From the NCBI GenBank assembly GCA_964585925.1, contig CAZPFS010000005.1:4808-68807 (forward strand): DNA of 64,000 nt. The letters run 5' to 3'. Below are positions 61,493 through 64,000 of the stretch, one piece after another. The position numbers and the translations under genes were made by a program. The first letter of the stretch is position 1, and every line of letters starts with the position of its first letter. This DNA is from an uncultured Syntrophomonadaceae bacterium (GTDB taxonomy: Bacteria; Bacillota; Dethiobacteria; DTU022). The notes under the pieces are model-generated. The model ran no database searches. It saw nothing but the letters and a program-made list of their open reading frames with translations, and was not told the origin of the DNA.

Positions 61493-62779
61493 ATGAAAGT
61501 ATTGCTGGTTGGTACGGGCGGGGTGGGCGAAGCCCTGGCCCGGATAGTACGAGATCGGGATCCCCAAAAACAATGGTTGCAAAAAATGATCCTGGCCGAT
61601 TACAATCTGCTCAGGGCCAAACAGGTTGCCGAAAAAATAGGTGAACCGGAAAGGTTTGTGCCTGAACCGGTTAATGCCAGGGAGATTTCCGATATAGTAA
61701 GTCTGGCTCAAAAGCACGGTGTGGATTTAATTCTGGATGCGGCGGCACCCTTCGTGACCAAAAATTTGTTTGATGCTGCTTATGAATCCGGTTGCCACTA
61801 CATCAACTTGGGGACCTGGTCGGAACCTCACCCCGAAGATCCGATCGGGCAGGGATATACTGAATTGATGGCTTCCTATAACTTTCAGGCAGATCCGAAA
61901 TGGAAAGAAAAAGGGCTGCTGGCGCTGATTGGAGCCGGCATAGATCCCGGGGTGGTGGATGTATTTGCCAAGTTTGCAGAAATATATTGTTTTGATCAGT
62001 TGGACGAGATTGCAGTGAAAGATGGAGGGAACCTGACCGCCGAAGGGCTGGATATAGTTTTTGGGTTTTCAATCTGGACCATGATTGACGAAATATTAAA
62101 TCCCTCGGTTACCTGGGAGAGGGATAGGGGCTGGTATGTTCAGGAACCATTTGCCGATCCGGAGATATTTCATTTTCCGGAAGGCATCGGTCCGGTGCAA
62201 TTGATGAAAGTAGAACATGAAGAAGTGGTGCTCATGCCCCGGTACATCGATAAGGGACTCAAAAAAGTATCGTTCAAGATTGCCCTGGGCGATGAAATCG
62301 TAAATGCAATGAAAGTACTGCGGGCCATAGGTCTGGACAGTAAAGAAAAAATTGACTTTCAAGGGATCAGGTTGTCGCCCCGGGATGTGGTGGAAGCGGT
62401 GGCGCCCAATCCGGCTCATATCGGGGACAAATTGAAAGGCAAGATGTGCGTGGGGGTTCATGTGATCGGCAAAAAAAACGGTTTGCAGCGGGAGGTATTC
62501 ATCTACCAGTGTTTGGACAACCAGGAAACCATGAAACGCCTGGGCTGCCAGGTAGTAGTAGCCCAGACTGCATACGGAACGGCAATTGCACTGGAGCTGA
62601 TCAGCAAAGGTGTCTGGCGGGGACCGGGGGTGTTTGGACCGGAGGCGTTTGCTCCCGAACCATATTTGCGACTGATGGATGAGTATGATTACCCTTATGC
62701 TCTTTTGGAGATGGATTCGGCATATAAGCGCCGGCAGGACCGAGCGGCCATAAAACAGCTGCTATCGTCTTCTGTTTAG
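61493..62779 (+). CDS. Saccharopine dehydrogenase NADP-binding family protein
   Basis: N-terminal Rossmann MKVLLVGTGGVGEA; about 428 aa, length and topology typical of lysine dehydrogenase/carboxynorspermidine-dehydrogenase-like enzymes. Confidence 0.65.
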   Translation: MKVLLVGTGGVGEALARIVRDRDPQKQWLQKMILADYNLLRAKQVAEKIGEPERFVPEPVNAREISDIVSLAQKHGVDLILDAAAPFVTKNLFDAAYESGCHYINLGTWSEPHPEDPIGQGYTELMASYNFQADPKWKEKGLLALIGAGIDPGVVDVFAKFAEIYCFDQLDEIAVKDGGNLTAEGLDIVFGFSIWTMIDEILNPSVTWERDRGWYVQEPFADPEIFHFPEGIGPVQLMKVEHEEVVLMPRYIDKGLKKVSFKIALGDEIVNAMKVLRAIGLDSKEKIDFQGIRLSPRDVVEAVAPNPAHIGDKLKGKMCVGVHVIGKKNGLQREVFIYQCLDNQETMKRLGCQVVVAQTAYGTAIALELISKGVWRGPGVFGPEAFAPEPYLRLMDEYDYPYALLEMDSAYKRRQDRAAIKQLLSSSV

Positions 62780-62828
62780 TTTACCGGGATCAGGCTTTAC
62801 ATTTTAAACGCAAGGAGGTCGGTTGCGG

Positions 62829-64000
62829 GTGGATGAAATTATAGTGAGGTTGCATGTGATAGACTGGATCATTGTCGCCCTTTATATCGGCGGCATGCTC
62901 TGGGTGGGGTTTTATTTTTCCAAGAAATCAAAGGGGTTTGATGATTATTTCATGGCGGGGAGAAATATCACCGCGCCCTTGCTGGTGGCTACCCTGGTAT
63001 CCACATTTTATGGACTGGATACGCTGTTTGGTGATTCCGAGGTAGCTTTTTTCGAGGGAATATCGTCGTTCTATTTTTACGCCCTGCCATTCACCCTCCT
63101 TTATTTCTGTATGGCTTTTTTGGCTCCAAAATTCAAGGAGAAATTTCCCCGGGATTCTACCATGCAGGATATAGTGTTTAACCGCTATGGAAAAACAGCC
63201 GGAATTTTTGCCTCCATTGCCGCCTTTATTTACTCTAATAATTCTTTAGAGATGATGGCCATCGGGTTTTTATTGCACCTGCTTACCGGGATGCCCATCT
63301 GGGTGGGTATTTTACTGGGAGCGGCGGTAATTGTGATCTACACCTGGACCGGCGGTCTGTGGGCGGTGGTGATGACCGACTTTATCCAGTTTTTTATAAT
63401 GATGATCGCCGTAGGTCTGGCCCTGATTATAGGCTGGAACGGCATGGGCGGATATGATCAAATAATAATAGGCCTGGAAAACTATGTGGGTGAATCTTCT
63501 TACTTCTTTAGAGCAGAGGCGGGATATCTTACCCCCTGGATGTTGTTTGCCTATTCGTTAACCGCTCTGGCTGCTTTGGCCGAACCGGCATTTTTCCAAA
63601 GAATATTTGCTTCCGCGGGGCCAAAAGAGATCAAAAAGGCTTTTTTTGTGGGGATCCCCTTGTGGATGGCTTTTGATTGGATCGTGGTCTTTTTGGGGGT
63701 AATGGGGGCGGCGGCGATTGGATTGGAGATTATTCCCGAGGTTGCTCCCAACCAGGCGCTGTTTGCTATTGCCGGCCAGTATTTGCCGGTGGGAGTGATG
63801 GGGCTGTTTTTAGCCGGGGTGCTGGCCTGCGCCATGTCCACCGCCGATTCTTATTTTTTGGTAGCCGGCGGGGTGATCGGATATGACCTGTACAAAGGGG
63901 TTATTAAACCGCAGGCTACCTCCGGGGAGACAGAGCGGATGACCAAGATCGGGGTAGTAGTATCGGCATTGCTCTCCCTTGGATTGGCGCTCTTTTTCGA
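62829..64000 (+). CDS. Sodium:solute symporter family transporter; 3' end truncated by window edge, start approximate
   Basis: Open frame to the window end, absent from the ORF track because it has no stop; DWIIVALYIGGMLWVGFYFSKK N-terminus and multiple TM helices are typical of SSF; RBS AAGGAGG upstream. Confidence 0.7.
   Translation, partial: MDEIIVRLHVIDWIIVALYIGGMLWVGFYFSKKSKGFDDYFMAGRNITAPLLVATLVSTFYGLDTLFGDSEVAFFEGISSFYFYALPFTLLYFCMAFLAPKFKEKFPRDSTMQDIVFNRYGKTAGIFASIAAFIYSNNSLEMMAIGFLLHLLTGMPIWVGILLGAAVIVIYTWTGGLWAVVMTDFIQFFIMMIAVGLALIIGWNGMGGYDQIIIGLENYVGESSYFFRAEAGYLTPWMLFAYSLTALAALAEPAFFQRIFASAGPKEIKKAFFVGIPLWMAFDWIVVFLGVMGAAAIGLEIIPEVAPNQALFAIAGQYLPVGVMGLFLAGVLACAMSTADSYFLVAGGVIGYDLYKGVIKPQATSGETERMTKIGVVVSALLSLGLALFF

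Noticed and set aside
60567-62779. tRNA-Thr followed by an opposite-strand gene and an AT-rich region, considered as an integration site for a mobile or genomic island
   Set aside because: No integrase, recombinase, direct repeat of the tRNA 3' end or phage/defence genes follow. The downstream genes are metabolic (CBS, dehydrogenase, symporter).

Overview
The window is dense with housekeeping and sporulation genes and reads like the origin-proximal chromosome of a spore-forming Firmicute of Clostridia/Peptococcaceae type (about 55% GC, many GTG/TTG starts). Almost every gene is on the + strand, consistent with co-orientation with replication. Gene order largely follows the Bacillus subtilis origin region and its ywl/ywm region, in this sequence:
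- noc(partial)-soj-spo0J with a perfect parS palindrome, then DUF4446.
- An M23 peptidase with a bactofilin gene, a yyaC-like spore protease on the opposite strand, CvpA-like, adk and DUF951.
- rpsF-ssb-rpsR, rplI, a Lon-family protease, dnaB and an FAD oxidoreductase.
- A G5/M23 peptidase, then three about 71-bp tandem hairpin repeats directly upstream of walR-walK-yycH-yycI, followed by murA, a histidine phosphatase, an HtrA-like protease and an MBL hydrolase.
- PBP1A on the opposite strand, transaldolase, rho, a LysM-M23 peptidase, rpmE, DUF1385, prfA-prmC.
- A SigG/SigF-like sigma factor translationally coupled to spoIIR.
- A Na/Pi cotransporter, tsaC, an LMW-PTP, rpiB, glyA and a dCMP-type deaminase.
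- A complete nine-gene V/A-type ATPase operon (G/H-I-K-E-C-F-A-B-D) at the position where B. subtilis has the F1Fo atp operon.
- A YwmB-like gene, a second murA, spoIID, a degenerate-LytM SpoIIQ-like gene, spoIIID and mbl.
- DMT and dapB on the opposite strand, then gap and a cupin-type phosphoglucose isomerase.
- An archaeal-type homocysteine-biosynthesis cluster (DUF39, NIL-ferredoxin, UPF0280), tRNA-Thr(CGU), a CBS-pair protein on the opposite strand, a saccharopine-dehydrogenase-family gene and a partial Na+/solute symporter.
I found no integrase, transposase, CRISPR array or obvious defence island. The points most worth follow-up are the V-ATPase at the F-ATPase syntenic locus, the sigma-spoIIR operon, the tandem hairpin repeats upstream of walR, and the DUF39/NIL-Fd/UPF0280 cluster.
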